Source of the DNA: Escherichia phage K1H
DNA: 41,632 nucleotides
Strand: one strand, 5' to 3'
Sequence record: NC_027994.1
In this document: piece by piece, positions 17,623 through 26,651 of the stretch
How positions within the stretch are numbered: position 1 is the stretch's first letter
Layout of the letters: every line of letters begins with the position of its first letter
The notes under the pieces: generated by a model
What the model was told of the DNA's origin: nothing
What the model saw: only the letters and a program-made list of their open reading frames with translations
The model's database searches: none
Translations under genes and position numbers: made by a program

Positions 17623-20168
17623 TCCTGCACTACTCGCGAAACGCTGATGGCGCTTTCGACCGTACAAAACACGTCGGGATGCCGATGGAGTTTGTTGTTA
17701 GCCGTATTCCGGACGGCGTGCCGGTGCGCGTCTACCTCGGCGAGATTGGCGATGATACTGATGTAACCGACGACTTCGATGCGCTTAAAGACGAAGACGC
17801 CGTGTACCACATTATTGAGGGAGCTGGTAGCGGGGCGCTTGGCGCCGTTAGTAAGGTGTTTGGTTTTATCCTTAAGCCAATCGCTAAGTTGTTCGGCCTG
17901 AACATGTCTGCAAACGCCAACTACACGGCGACTAATAACCAGACAACATCGCCAAATAACAGCCTTACCGACCGCTCAAACAAGCCGCGTCCTTACGAGC
18001 GCTCTTATGACATCTGCGGGACTGTACAGACAATCCCTAACGACCTTATGCAGACGTATAAGGCGTTCAACTCCACGGGTGCTTTGCTGGAGTATTCGTA
18101 TTATGACGCTGGGCGCGGGCATCTGCATATCGAGGCTGATGGCGTCACAGAGGGCGACACCCTGATAAGCGACATCACAGGTTCCTCTGTTGCCATATAC
18201 GCGCCGTATACGTCACCGAACAACACCACATCTCCGCAACTACAAATCGGCGACATCATTGACCAGAAACTCTATGTGACATACTCCAACGACGACGTTG
18301 ACGGTATTGTACTAAAAGCGCCAAACGACATTGGGGCCAACCCAAGCGCTGATGGTACCGCAAAACGTATTTCAAACACCGGCTACATCTATGACCCGTC
18401 AGGGGACTCTGCTTTTTCTGAGTTTCTTAGCGTCGGTGATGTGGCAGTGCTGAGCAACTTTGACGTTGCTGATGTCACTAACCTGAACGGCTCGTTTGAG
18501 GTTTTATACGTTGACGACTTCGAAGTAAGATTAGCGGTAAACGGTGCGTCTAACTGGGCGGCGTTGACCAGCGGGCAGACGTACACGTTAACAGAGCGTT
18601 CAGATACGTTTATGGGCCCGAGCAACACCTATGACGTATCCCTTACCGACTGGTATTACATGGTGCGCGGAGAAGTTGACCGAGTACTTGCTAACGTTGC
18701 CGGGCAGAACGGCCTCTACAAATACGACGGTGGCTATAATCGCACCAGCGTAACGGTAGAACTCCAGTACCAGATGATTGACTCTCGGCGCAACCCATTG
18801 AGCGATATTTACACAGTACAGGCTACAATTACCGGTAATAGCACGGATTACGTCGGTACGTCTATCTACGGGCAATTGCCTACTGCATCGCGTTTCCGCG
18901 CCCGTATGCGCCGTATAACGAATTTTGATAAGGACTACAACGGTACAGTAAGCGACGAGATAACCTTCATCAACCTGTACGGGCAGTCGCTGGACACAAC
19001 CCCACACTACGGCAACCGAACTACCGTGCATTGCGCACGTAAACAGACGCCGCGTGCCGCCAGTATCGACAACCCAGAACTGCGCATGATTTCGACCGAG
19101 ATGTGTTACAAATACCTCGGCAATGGGGTATTCGATACAGTAATGACGCCTAATACACAGGCGGTGCAGTCGCTAATCAGACTGGCGCGTGACCCGGCGG
19201 TTGGTAATCTGGAGCTGACAACGGCAAACATGGACAAGTTACTTGCTGTGCAGGAAGAGATTGAATCTTATTTTGGCAGCGAATTAGCCGGGCAATTCTG
19301 CTACACGTTCGACGACTACGACACGACGATGCAGGACATTGTTCAGGCCATAGCTGAAGCCGTGTTCTGTACTGCGTACCGTAAAGGCGCGGACATTATG
19401 CTGCGTTTCGACCGTCCGGTTGCAGGGCCTGAAATGGTGTTCACCCACCGTAGTAAGACGACCGGTACGGAGAAATGGACACGCACGTTCAACGATTCTA
19501 CGACCTACGATAGCCTGTCGTTCTCATACATCGACCCGGATACTAACGTACAGGAAACGATTTACATCCCGGAAGAACTGGGTGCAAATACGGAGGAATA
19601 CGAATCAAAGGGCGTGCGTAACTACCAACAGGCATATTGGCTGGCGTGGCGTCGCTATCAGCGCAATGCGTTAAGTAAAGTTGTTGTAGAGTTCGAAGCT
19701 ACGGAAGAAGGTGCGCTCGCTACGCCCGGTGGGGTAATCAGCGTAGTTAAAGGTTCACGTATCGCGCCACAGGACGGCTATGTTGTTGCCGTTAACGGGC
19801 TTACACTTACGCTATCCCAGCCTGTTACGTTTACTCCTGGCGATGACCACTCCATCATCCTCAAGAAGCGCGATGGCTCAGTGCAGAGTATCTCTGTCAT
19901 CAAAGGAAGACACGACCGCGAAGTGATTATGCTCTCCGCGCCGGAAGAAGCAATCTACACGGGGAATAGCGCACTAAAAACTGAGTTTTCATTCGGCAAC
20001 GAAGCAAGGCATAATGCTCAGAAGATAGTTGTTTCTTCAATCGACCCTGGCGACGACCGCACGGTCAAGATTACTGGCTACAACTATGACGACGGATTCT
20101 ACAAATACGACGGCGTCGCGCCATACGGCAGCGGTTTCTCCGACGGATTCAGCAATGGTTTTAATTAA
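17613..20168 (+). CDS. Tail tip / host specificity protein (gpJ-like, possibly with gpI-like N-terminus)
   Basis: 851 aa, largest tail gene after tape measure; TTG start in track, first ATG at about 17679. Confidence 0.65.
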   Translation: MAIILHYSRNADGAFDRTKHVGMPMEFVVSRIPDGVPVRVYLGEIGDDTDVTDDFDALKDEDAVYHIIEGAGSGALGAVSKVFGFILKPIAKLFGLNMSANANYTATNNQTTSPNNSLTDRSNKPRPYERSYDICGTVQTIPNDLMQTYKAFNSTGALLEYSYYDAGRGHLHIEADGVTEGDTLISDITGSSVAIYAPYTSPNNTTSPQLQIGDIIDQKLYVTYSNDDVDGIVLKAPNDIGANPSADGTAKRISNTGYIYDPSGDSAFSEFLSVGDVAVLSNFDVADVTNLNGSFEVLYVDDFEVRLAVNGASNWAALTSGQTYTLTERSDTFMGPSNTYDVSLTDWYYMVRGEVDRVLANVAGQNGLYKYDGGYNRTSVTVELQYQMIDSRRNPLSDIYTVQATITGNSTDYVGTSIYGQLPTASRFRARMRRITNFDKDYNGTVSDEITFINLYGQSLDTTPHYGNRTTVHCARKQTPRAASIDNPELRMISTEMCYKYLGNGVFDTVMTPNTQAVQSLIRLARDPAVGNLELTTANMDKLLAVQEEIESYFGSELAGQFCYTFDDYDTTMQDIVQAIAEAVFCTAYRKGADIMLRFDRPVAGPEMVFTHRSKTTGTEKWTRTFNDSTTYDSLSFSYIDPDTNVQETIYIPEELGANTEEYESKGVRNYQQAYWLAWRRYQRNALSKVVVEFEATEEGALATPGGVISVVKGSRIAPQDGYVVAVNGLTLTLSQPVTFTPGDDHSIILKKRDGSVQSISVIKGRHDREVIMLSAPEEAIYTGNSALKTEFSFGNEARHNAQKIVVSSIDPGDDRTVKITGYNYDDGFYKYDGVAPYGSGFSDGFSNGFN

Positions 20169-20180
20169 AGAGGACTCTAT

Positions 20181-23135
20181 ATGTCAAGCGGATGCGGTGA
20201 CGTTTTAAGCCTGGCGGATTTACAAACCGCCAAGAAACATCAGATTTTCGAGGCCGAGGTTATCACTGGCAAATCCGGCGGTGTCGCCGGTGGTGCCGAT
20301 ATTGATTACGCGACAAATCAGGTTACTGGACAGACCCAGAAGACGTTACCTGCCGTGTTGCGTGATGCTGGTTTTAAACTGGCAGATTTTGATTTCACGT
20401 CAGGCGGTACACTATCCGCTAACGACCGAAACACCGCAGTTTTGTGGCCGTCGTCCTCTGGCGGTGACGGGGATTGGTACTATTGGTTGGGCGCTCTGCC
20501 AAAAACTATCCCGGCGTCATCTTCTCCGCAGTCTACAGGAGGCGTGTCCGAAGGGGCATGGCAACGCGCCGGGTCGGTCGTACTGAGGCAGCAAATATCT
20601 AATGCGAACGGCGCAATTCTGTACCCAGATTTACATGTGGCGCGATGGAAGGACGAATACGACCCGCGCGCATGGGGCGCCGTGGGCGACGGCGTAACTG
20701 ATGATACCCAATCTATTTTTAATGTATTAGCCGCTTCACCCAACAATTGGATTATAGACGGCAGGGGCTTGACTTATAAAGTTTCCCAATTACCCGACAT
20801 TAGTAAATTTAAGAATGCTGCATTCGTTTACGAGCGCGTAGCCGGGCAACCGCTTACTTATGTAGCTGATGGCTTCTTTAACAGCTCACTAACTAAGGTG
20901 ACGGATACCCCGTTCTACAACGCATGGACGCAGGATAAAACTTTCGTCTACGACAATGTTATTTACGCTCCGTTTATGGCAGGCGAACGACATGGCGTTC
21001 AAAACTTACATGTAGCTTGGGTTCGCTCTGGTGACGACGGGCAGACTTGGTCAATGCCTGAGTGGTTGACCCCAATCCATGCTGACTATAATGCTAGTGT
21101 TTCCGCGGACAGAGTTAACTACCACTGCATGAGCATGGGTACGTGCGGCAACCGATTATATGCAGTTATAGAAACCCGCTACTTATCTAATATGCGGATG
21201 AAGAAGGCAGAACTTTGGTCACGCCCAATGCCGTATTTTAGACACCCAACCGGCGGAATAGCTATTAGTTCTGGCTCCACTACTGCTACCATTGTCATAG
21301 AAAATCATGGCCTAAAAGCAGGAGATGCGGTTAACTTCTCTAATACATCGGCAACTGGCGTATCGGGTAATATGACGGTTGCGTCTATAATTAACCGAAA
21401 TACGTTCACTGTTACGCTCTCAAGCCCGGCGAGTTCCACCATAAACAATGCGGGTGTTACCTGGAACTTCGCAACGCGATTCTGGGACAGCCCGTGGGAA
21501 ATTACCGAATTGCCTGGGGTAGCATACTCCGCTAACGCTGATTTGTGTGTCACGGAGACACATAGTTTTGCGGTTATAGATGATGTTAACTACACTATCG
21601 CTGTCGGCTATCACAACGGCGATGTGCCCCCTAGGCGTCTCGGTGTCTTGTATTTTAGTAACGTGTATGACAATCCTGGCGTATTCGTTCGTCGCACTGT
21701 CGCTCAGGCATACGCTGATAACGCTTCTGAGCCGTGCGTGAAAAGTTATGACGGTGTACTCTACCTTACCACACGCGGCACATTACCTACTTCCCCTGGC
21801 TCTACACTGGCGATGAGCACCGATTCTGGGCAAAACTGGAGCTACTTGCGATTTCCGAACAATGTACATCACTCCAATCTTCCGTTCGCTAAAGTAGGTG
21901 ACTATCTCTACATCTTTGGTACAGAACGTGCCTTTGGCGAGTGGGAAGGGGGCGAGCCGGACAGCCGCTATGAAGGCTCGTATCCAAGGACCTTTATGTG
22001 CAAAGTTAATGTGTCGTCCTGGCCTCCATCTTTAGATGATGTTCAGTGGTTTAATATTACCGACCAAATATACCAGGGTCATATCGTTAACACTGCTGTC
22101 GGCGTCGGCTCGGTCTGTGTTAAAGATGGCTGGTTGTACTATATCTTTGGTGGGGAAGACTTCTTCTCTCCCTGGAGCATAGGGGATAACAGTGCGAAGT
22201 TATGGTACAAACATGATGGACATCCTGCTGACTTATATAGCTACCGGATAAAGATTGAAGACCACCCGTATGTATCCCGTGATTTCAAATACGGAGCAAC
22301 TCCTAACCGTACACTACCTGTCGCCATGGGGGTAGATGGTGTACGTCATGTAGGGGCACCTTTAACATTTGATAATGATGTAAGCGTGTACTCCCTGCAT
22401 GTAACGGGGCTGGAATACGATGGTACACAACAGTCCGCCGTGCGTGCACAGTTTGATGGTGATTACGGGCTGATTTCAAAAACAGTCCCCACTAAAACCC
22501 CATCGGGTCAAAGACTGATAGTTAGCGGTGGTGATGGTGCATCCAGTTCCGATGGTGCGTTGCTGCAACTGTACGGGGCAAACCATGCAATGCCTAACAG
22601 GGCTATTATGTATGCGTCAGGAGGCTTCTACTCATACAACAATTTCCTTCCTTACTTAGACTCGCAAGTGTCTTTAGGTTCGGCAGGTAATAGGTGGACT
22701 ACGGTGTACGCGACCACCGGTACGATAAACACGTCTGATGGTACACTTAAGACGAATAAAGAGGAAATTGAGGGACAACTCCTTACCGCATGGGAAGATA
22801 TACATGTAATATCTTTTAAGTGGCTTGAAAGCCTAGCAATCAAGGGTGACACTGCAAGGATACACTTCGGTGTGATAGCCCAAGATGTGCGAGACATCTT
22901 GGTCAACCATGGGCTTATGGAGAAAGATTCTACCGATTGTAAATATGCTTTCTTGTGCTACGACCCAATTGAAGCTGCGTATGATATTGATGAAGATGGC
23001 CAGACTGTACAAGTATCCCCTCCCGGCGGCAGATGGGGGGTTAGGGCGGACCAGATGTTCTTCATAGAGATTGCCTATCAGCGTAAGAAGATGCGCGAGT
23101 TCGAGAAGAGGCTGGCAGCACTAGAAGATAAATAA
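20181..23135 (+). CDS. Tailspike / receptor-binding depolymerase with C-terminal intramolecular chaperone domain
   Basis: 984 aa; GAVGDGVTDDT motif (pectate-lyase-like beta-helix signature), two Asp-box-like motifs (SGDDGQTW, STDSGQNW), C-terminal region resembling self-cleaving chaperone domains of tail fibers/endosialidases. Confidence 0.65.
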   Translation: MSSGCGDVLSLADLQTAKKHQIFEAEVITGKSGGVAGGADIDYATNQVTGQTQKTLPAVLRDAGFKLADFDFTSGGTLSANDRNTAVLWPSSSGGDGDWYYWLGALPKTIPASSSPQSTGGVSEGAWQRAGSVVLRQQISNANGAILYPDLHVARWKDEYDPRAWGAVGDGVTDDTQSIFNVLAASPNNWIIDGRGLTYKVSQLPDISKFKNAAFVYERVAGQPLTYVADGFFNSSLTKVTDTPFYNAWTQDKTFVYDNVIYAPFMAGERHGVQNLHVAWVRSGDDGQTWSMPEWLTPIHADYNASVSADRVNYHCMSMGTCGNRLYAVIETRYLSNMRMKKAELWSRPMPYFRHPTGGIAISSGSTTATIVIENHGLKAGDAVNFSNTSATGVSGNMTVASIINRNTFTVTLSSPASSTINNAGVTWNFATRFWDSPWEITELPGVAYSANADLCVTETHSFAVIDDVNYTIAVGYHNGDVPPRRLGVLYFSNVYDNPGVFVRRTVAQAYADNASEPCVKSYDGVLYLTTRGTLPTSPGSTLAMSTDSGQNWSYLRFPNNVHHSNLPFAKVGDYLYIFGTERAFGEWEGGEPDSRYEGSYPRTFMCKVNVSSWPPSLDDVQWFNITDQIYQGHIVNTAVGVGSVCVKDGWLYYIFGGEDFFSPWSIGDNSAKLWYKHDGHPADLYSYRIKIEDHPYVSRDFKYGATPNRTLPVAMGVDGVRHVGAPLTFDNDVSVYSLHVTGLEYDGTQQSAVRAQFDGDYGLISKTVPTKTPSGQRLIVSGGDGASSSDGALLQLYGANHAMPNRAIMYASGGFYSYNNFLPYLDSQVSLGSAGNRWTTVYATTGTINTSDGTLKTNKEEIEGQLLTAWEDIHVISFKWLESLAIKGDTARIHFGVIAQDVRDILVNHGLMEKDSTDCKYAFLCYDPIEAAYDIDEDGQTVQVSPPGGRWGVRADQMFFIEIAYQRKKMREFEKRLAALEDK

Positions 23136-23139
23136 AACT

Positions 23140-23163
23140 AAGGCCCCAAACGGGGCCTTTTCT
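23140..23163. terminator. Bidirectional intrinsic terminator
   Basis: GGCCCC-AAAC-GGGGCC plus TTTTCTC between convergent tailspike and leftward operon. Confidence 0.65.
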
Positions 23164-23367
23164 CTACCCTTCAGATAACTTCTCCAGTATGAACGCCAGT
23201 TGTGCATTAGCGGCGTCTCTTTGCTGCCGTAGTCGTAGAATCTCTTCTTCTAGTTCCTTGATACGTTTTATTTCTCGCTTTAACTGCATAGCAAGAAGTT
23301 GCTCGCGGGCATTAAGAGCAGATTTTACCAATTCGTTGCAGGCGTCAATATCAAACTCATTATTCAT
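23164..23367 (-). CDS. Hypothetical coiled-coil protein
   Basis: 67 aa, last gene of leftward operon. Confidence 0.45.
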   Translation of the reverse strand: MNNEFDIDACNELVKSALNAREQLLAMQLKREIKRIKELEEEILRLRQQRDAANAQLAFILEKLSEG

Positions 23368-23549
23368 TTCTTACCTTCGCTTTTCTTGAAACTGCGCTTT
23401 ATATCCGGCAGCGTGTAGCACCGTGATTTTTCGTATTTACCGTCCGAGCTTACCAAAACAAAGCTGTTGCCGTCTTTTGATATGTACTCGATGGCGAAAA
23501 TATTAAATGAATGTACGCTGTATATTTCATCGCCAACATTAAGTTTCAT
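23364..23549 (-). CDS. Hypothetical protein
   Basis: 61 aa, overlaps neighbours by 4 nt. Confidence 0.45.
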   Translation of the reverse strand: MKLNVGDEIYSVHSFNIFAIEYISKDGNSFVLVSSDGKYEKSRCYTLPDIKRSFKKSEGKK

Positions 23550-24979
23550 TTCTTACCTCGTCTCTTCATGTAATTAAGCAACTCTTCCTGTACAGATTTC
23601 TTCTCGTCGGTTCGCGCGGCAACAACTTCGTCCAGCGTGTCTTTAGCAACGATGTGGTACAGGAACACCGGCCTCTCGTGTCCTGCCTGTTTCTGGCGGA
23701 CCGGGCCTATTCGCTCGACAACCTGCAAATAGTGTTCAAGATTCCAGCCTTGCGAGATGAACGCCAGATGGTGTCCGCCGTCCTGTAAATTCAAACCATG
23801 ACCGGCTGACGCAGGGTGGACGCACAAAATCTCGATTTCGCCGCGGTTCCATGCTTCCATCTGCTTATTACCCTTAGCACCTTTCGCGAATGCCTGCGCC
23901 TGCGGGAAACGTTTCAGGATACGCTCCAGTTCGTGCTTGAACTGATAGGCTACCAGTAGCGGAGCACCCTGTAACTCCTCAACAATTGACTCCAGCGCAT
24001 CCAGTTTCGTGTCGTGCACTTTCTCCCAGTCTTTGGTTGCTTCTCCGTCTGGCCCTGATACATACACAGCACCAGAAGCAATCTGCAAACACTTTGACGT
24101 CTTTGCCGCGGCGTTAGCCGCTTCAACTTCTCCGCTTTCCAGTTCCGCGAATAACTTTTCCTCCATATCGATGTACGCCTGACGCGCCTTCTTCGGCAGG
24201 TCGATTTCAACCGGTACAATAATCGGCGCTTCGCAACCAAACCACTCGGCGGCGTCAATCGTGAGACTAATGTCTTTCATCTTCTGATGAATCTCATTAT
24301 CCGCACCCGGTCGTGCGTGATACTCCCGCGCCATCGCGGATTTCCCTTTCTGTACCGAGTTAAACCAGCGGTCTGTGAATGCCGTGTACGAAGAACCAAG
24401 GCAACCAAGGCGCTCGCCAGCGTCGATAAACCAGTTCTGCCCCCACAAGTCCTTGAGGCCGTTCGGCGACGGTGTGCCTGTCAGGTTAATGAAACGCTTA
24501 ACCTTTCCGAACGCCACTTTGCTTAGCGCCTTAGCCCGTTTGCTTCCTCCAGAACGGCTACGGAAAGATTTCAGCTTCGTGCTCTCATCAGCAACGATAA
24601 CCGTAAAAGGCCAGTCGTCTTTGCCGTAGTAGTCAATCAGCCACTCGATAACTTCGTAGTTTGTGCACACCACGTTAGCATCTGACTCCAGCGCCGCGAT
24701 ACGGCGCTTCTCTGAACCGGTTGCGTCTACGACACTCAGACAGGGGAAGTTCCAACGTGCCTGTTCCGCGGGCCACGTACCTGACGCAACACGTAAAGGA
24801 GCCAGAATTAACACTCGGTCGTCGTCATTAAGTTGCCCATTACGGAACAGCCGATTGAGAACCCACAACGTTGACCCCGACTTACCGCTGCCCATGCTCG
24901 CCCAGATATTGCAGCGATGGTGCCGCAGCATGAACGAAGTCATGAGCTTCTGGTATTCGCGCCTTTGAAACTTACTCAT
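23546..24979 (-). CDS. SNF2/DEAD-like superfamily II helicase
   Basis: 477 aa; Walker A-like SMGSGKS, DExx box VADEST, C-terminal helicase motifs. Confidence 0.75.
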   Translation of the reverse strand: MSKFQRREYQKLMTSFMLRHHRCNIWASMGSGKSGSTLWVLNRLFRNGQLNDDDRVLILAPLRVASGTWPAEQARWNFPCLSVVDATGSEKRRIAALESDANVVCTNYEVIEWLIDYYGKDDWPFTVIVADESTKLKSFRSRSGGSKRAKALSKVAFGKVKRFINLTGTPSPNGLKDLWGQNWFIDAGERLGCLGSSYTAFTDRWFNSVQKGKSAMAREYHARPGADNEIHQKMKDISLTIDAAEWFGCEAPIIVPVEIDLPKKARQAYIDMEEKLFAELESGEVEAANAAAKTSKCLQIASGAVYVSGPDGEATKDWEKVHDTKLDALESIVEELQGAPLLVAYQFKHELERILKRFPQAQAFAKGAKGNKQMEAWNRGEIEILCVHPASAGHGLNLQDGGHHLAFISQGWNLEHYLQVVERIGPVRQKQAGHERPVFLYHIVAKDTLDEVVAARTDEKKSVQEELLNYMKRRGKK

Positions 24980-25796
24980 TTACCGCCCCCATAAACGCCT
25001 TTATAAATTCGGCGGCTACTTGCGGGACGATGGCATTGCCGTAACCGCGCAATCGTCCCACTCTGGCGGGTATCCCATTAGCCAGCGGGAATGCGCCGGG
25101 TTCAACCGGCCGGAACTTTCCATCACGGCATCCGAGCCAGTCAGCATCTGACCAGAAGCCGTGGTGCGGGTTGGTTGACTCGCTTTCAATCCCTGCTCTG
25201 TTGAGTAGTCCAGCCTGTCGAATGTTCTGTCCCTCCCGTCCGTGCGAATCACTGTCTCTCCGCTCCCTCTGAAGTCGTTCGCTGTCGGTGTAGGCCAGTT
25301 CGTGCGCGCCAAAGAAGAGTCGTTCTCTTTTGTGCGGTGCGCCGACGCTACAAGCTGGGAGTACAGCAAACCCGACGGCGTAGTCTTCTCCTTCCAGGTG
25401 AGCTTGTAAATCGCACATCCACGATTTTGCAATTGCTGCCGCAACCTGCTCCCCAAAGATGACTGGAGGGCGGCACTCGCTGATGAGGTCGAGGAAGACC
25501 GGCGCGAGGTGTCTCGGGTCGAACTGTCCGAGTTGCTTTCCCGCCGCGCTAAACGGTTGGCAAGGCGGGCTTCCCGTCCAGAGAGGCGCATCTTCCGGAA
25601 CTCCCGCAAGTCTGAGCGCGAGAGGCCAGCCGCCGATACCCGCGAAAAAATGACACTGGGTGAACCCGTCAAGGTCTTCTGGCTTAACTTCGGTAATGCT
25701 TCTTTCATCTACAACTCCAAAAGGTATGTGACCCTGTTTTATCAACTCACGCAGCCACGCGGCTGCGCCTTTATCCCATTCATTGTAATAGTTCAT
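24972..25796 (-). CDS. DNA (cytosine-5)-methyltransferase (orphan)
   Basis: 274 aa; motif I FAGIGG and motif [13 protein letters not shown] (catalytic Pro-Cys); no adjacent restriction endonuclease. Confidence 0.7.
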   Translation of the reverse strand: MNYYNEWDKGAAAWLRELIKQGHIPFGVVDERSITEVKPEDLDGFTQCHFFAGIGGWPLALRLAGVPEDAPLWTGSPPCQPFSAAGKQLGQFDPRHLAPVFLDLISECRPPVIFGEQVAAAIAKSWMCDLQAHLEGEDYAVGFAVLPACSVGAPHKRERLFFGAHELAYTDSERLQRERRDSDSHGREGQNIRQAGLLNRAGIESESTNPHHGFWSDADWLGCRDGKFRPVEPGAFPLANGIPARVGRLRGYGNAIVPQVAAEFIKAFMGAVNE

Positions 25797-25984
25797 TTCG
25801 CCACCAGAACTAACTCTTTACGCCCGAACGCCGTAACGTTACCGGTTACATCTTCGATAACCAGTTTACCGTTCGACTCGACGAACACCGTATCAACGGC
25901 AACAGGTTGACGTGTCTTAACGTTGAAAATCATGTCACCCGGTACGATGTCACGTGCTGGTTTGCGGTCATATTCGTGTTTCAT
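25793..25984 (-). CDS. Hypothetical protein
   Basis: 63 aa; first gene downstream of class-2 promoter at about 26018-26046. Confidence 0.45.
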   Translation of the reverse strand: MKHEYDRKPARDIVPGDMIFNVKTRQPVAVDTVFVESNGKLVIEDVTGNVTAFGRKELVLVAK

Positions 25985-26014
25985 TTCTCAATTCCTTATA
26001 TTGTTGGTGTAGGA

Positions 26015-26314
26015 CTAACTATAATAGCTAGCTATTAGGTCGTCAACCTGTTTAAACGAACCAACGACAAAAACATTCGCACCACGTTTACGCATCCGCT
26101 CATGTTCCCGTAGCTGGTGCGGGTCTGGCTTCGTGTTCTCGTCTTTCTTAACCTCGACGAACCAGACTATGCCGCCGGGGAGAATTACCAGCAGGTCTGG
26201 GGCGCCGGAACGCCCCTCGTAGGAGAGTTTGCGAACGAGGCCGCCAAGGGCCTCGAATCGGTCTTTTGCGTATTTCTGTACGCGGCCCTCTTTAGTCATG
26301 AGCGTAGATCCCAA
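26015..26314 (-). CDS. VRR-NUC domain nuclease (putative)
   Basis: PD-(D/E)XK-like ...PDLLVILPGG...VEVKK; likely true start is the ATG 5 codons in (ATGA overlap with upstream small ORF). Confidence 0.55.
   Translation of the reverse strand: MGSTLMTKEGRVQKYAKDRFEALGGLVRKLSYEGRSGAPDLLVILPGGIVWFVEVKKDENTKPDPHQLREHERMRKRGANVFVVGSFKQVDDLIASYYS
26018..26046 (-). promoter_or_regulatory. Sigma70-like promoter, class 2 (TTGACG-N17-TATAGT) with perfect 16-bp palindrome TAATAGCTAGCTATTA
   Basis: Minus-strand -35 at about 26041-26046 and -10 at about 26018-26023; overlaps 3' end of VRR-NUC gene. Confidence 0.55.
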
Positions 26315-26447
26315 GTAATGAAAGCCCCGCCTAGAACGGCGACACCGGCAAACTTAAAGAACAGGCCATAACAGAACATCGCGGCTATTCCTGCACCGAG
26401 TAGCAGTGCGAGCATGGTTACTATCACCCGAAATACGAACATTGTCA
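26296..26447 (-). CDS. Small membrane protein (about 49 aa, two hydrophobic segments)
   Basis: ATG preceded by GGGAGGGG SD; stop overlaps VRR-NUC ATG; coordinates approximate (+/-2). Confidence 0.35.
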
Positions 26448-26651
26448 TAATACGCACCCCTCCCGTTTGGTATGCTCAATTCCGCAGCGCGGGCAGATTC
26501 GACAGTCTTCTTCATAAAACCAGTAAATTTTCATTCCAGCACCCACAGATAAATTGCGATGAACATGCCCAATATGGCAACCATCATGACGTATTGACCC
26601 TCGTGACAGTAGACACCGGCAGCAAATCCCGCCAGTACCGCGATAATCAGT

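Noticed and set aside
20181-23135. Specific call of the tailspike as an endosialidase (K1 capsule specific)
   Set aside because: Asp-box motifs and a C-terminal chaperone-like domain fit an endosialidase, but the GDGVTDDT beta-helix motif and lack of a verifiable catalytic signature make the specificity uncertain; reported only as a generic depolymerase-type tailspike.
25016-25708. 230-aa minus-strand ORF overlapping the methyltransferase gene in another frame
   Set aside because: Same strand, different frame, Ser/Arg-rich low-complexity product; the methyltransferase frame carries the catalytic motifs.
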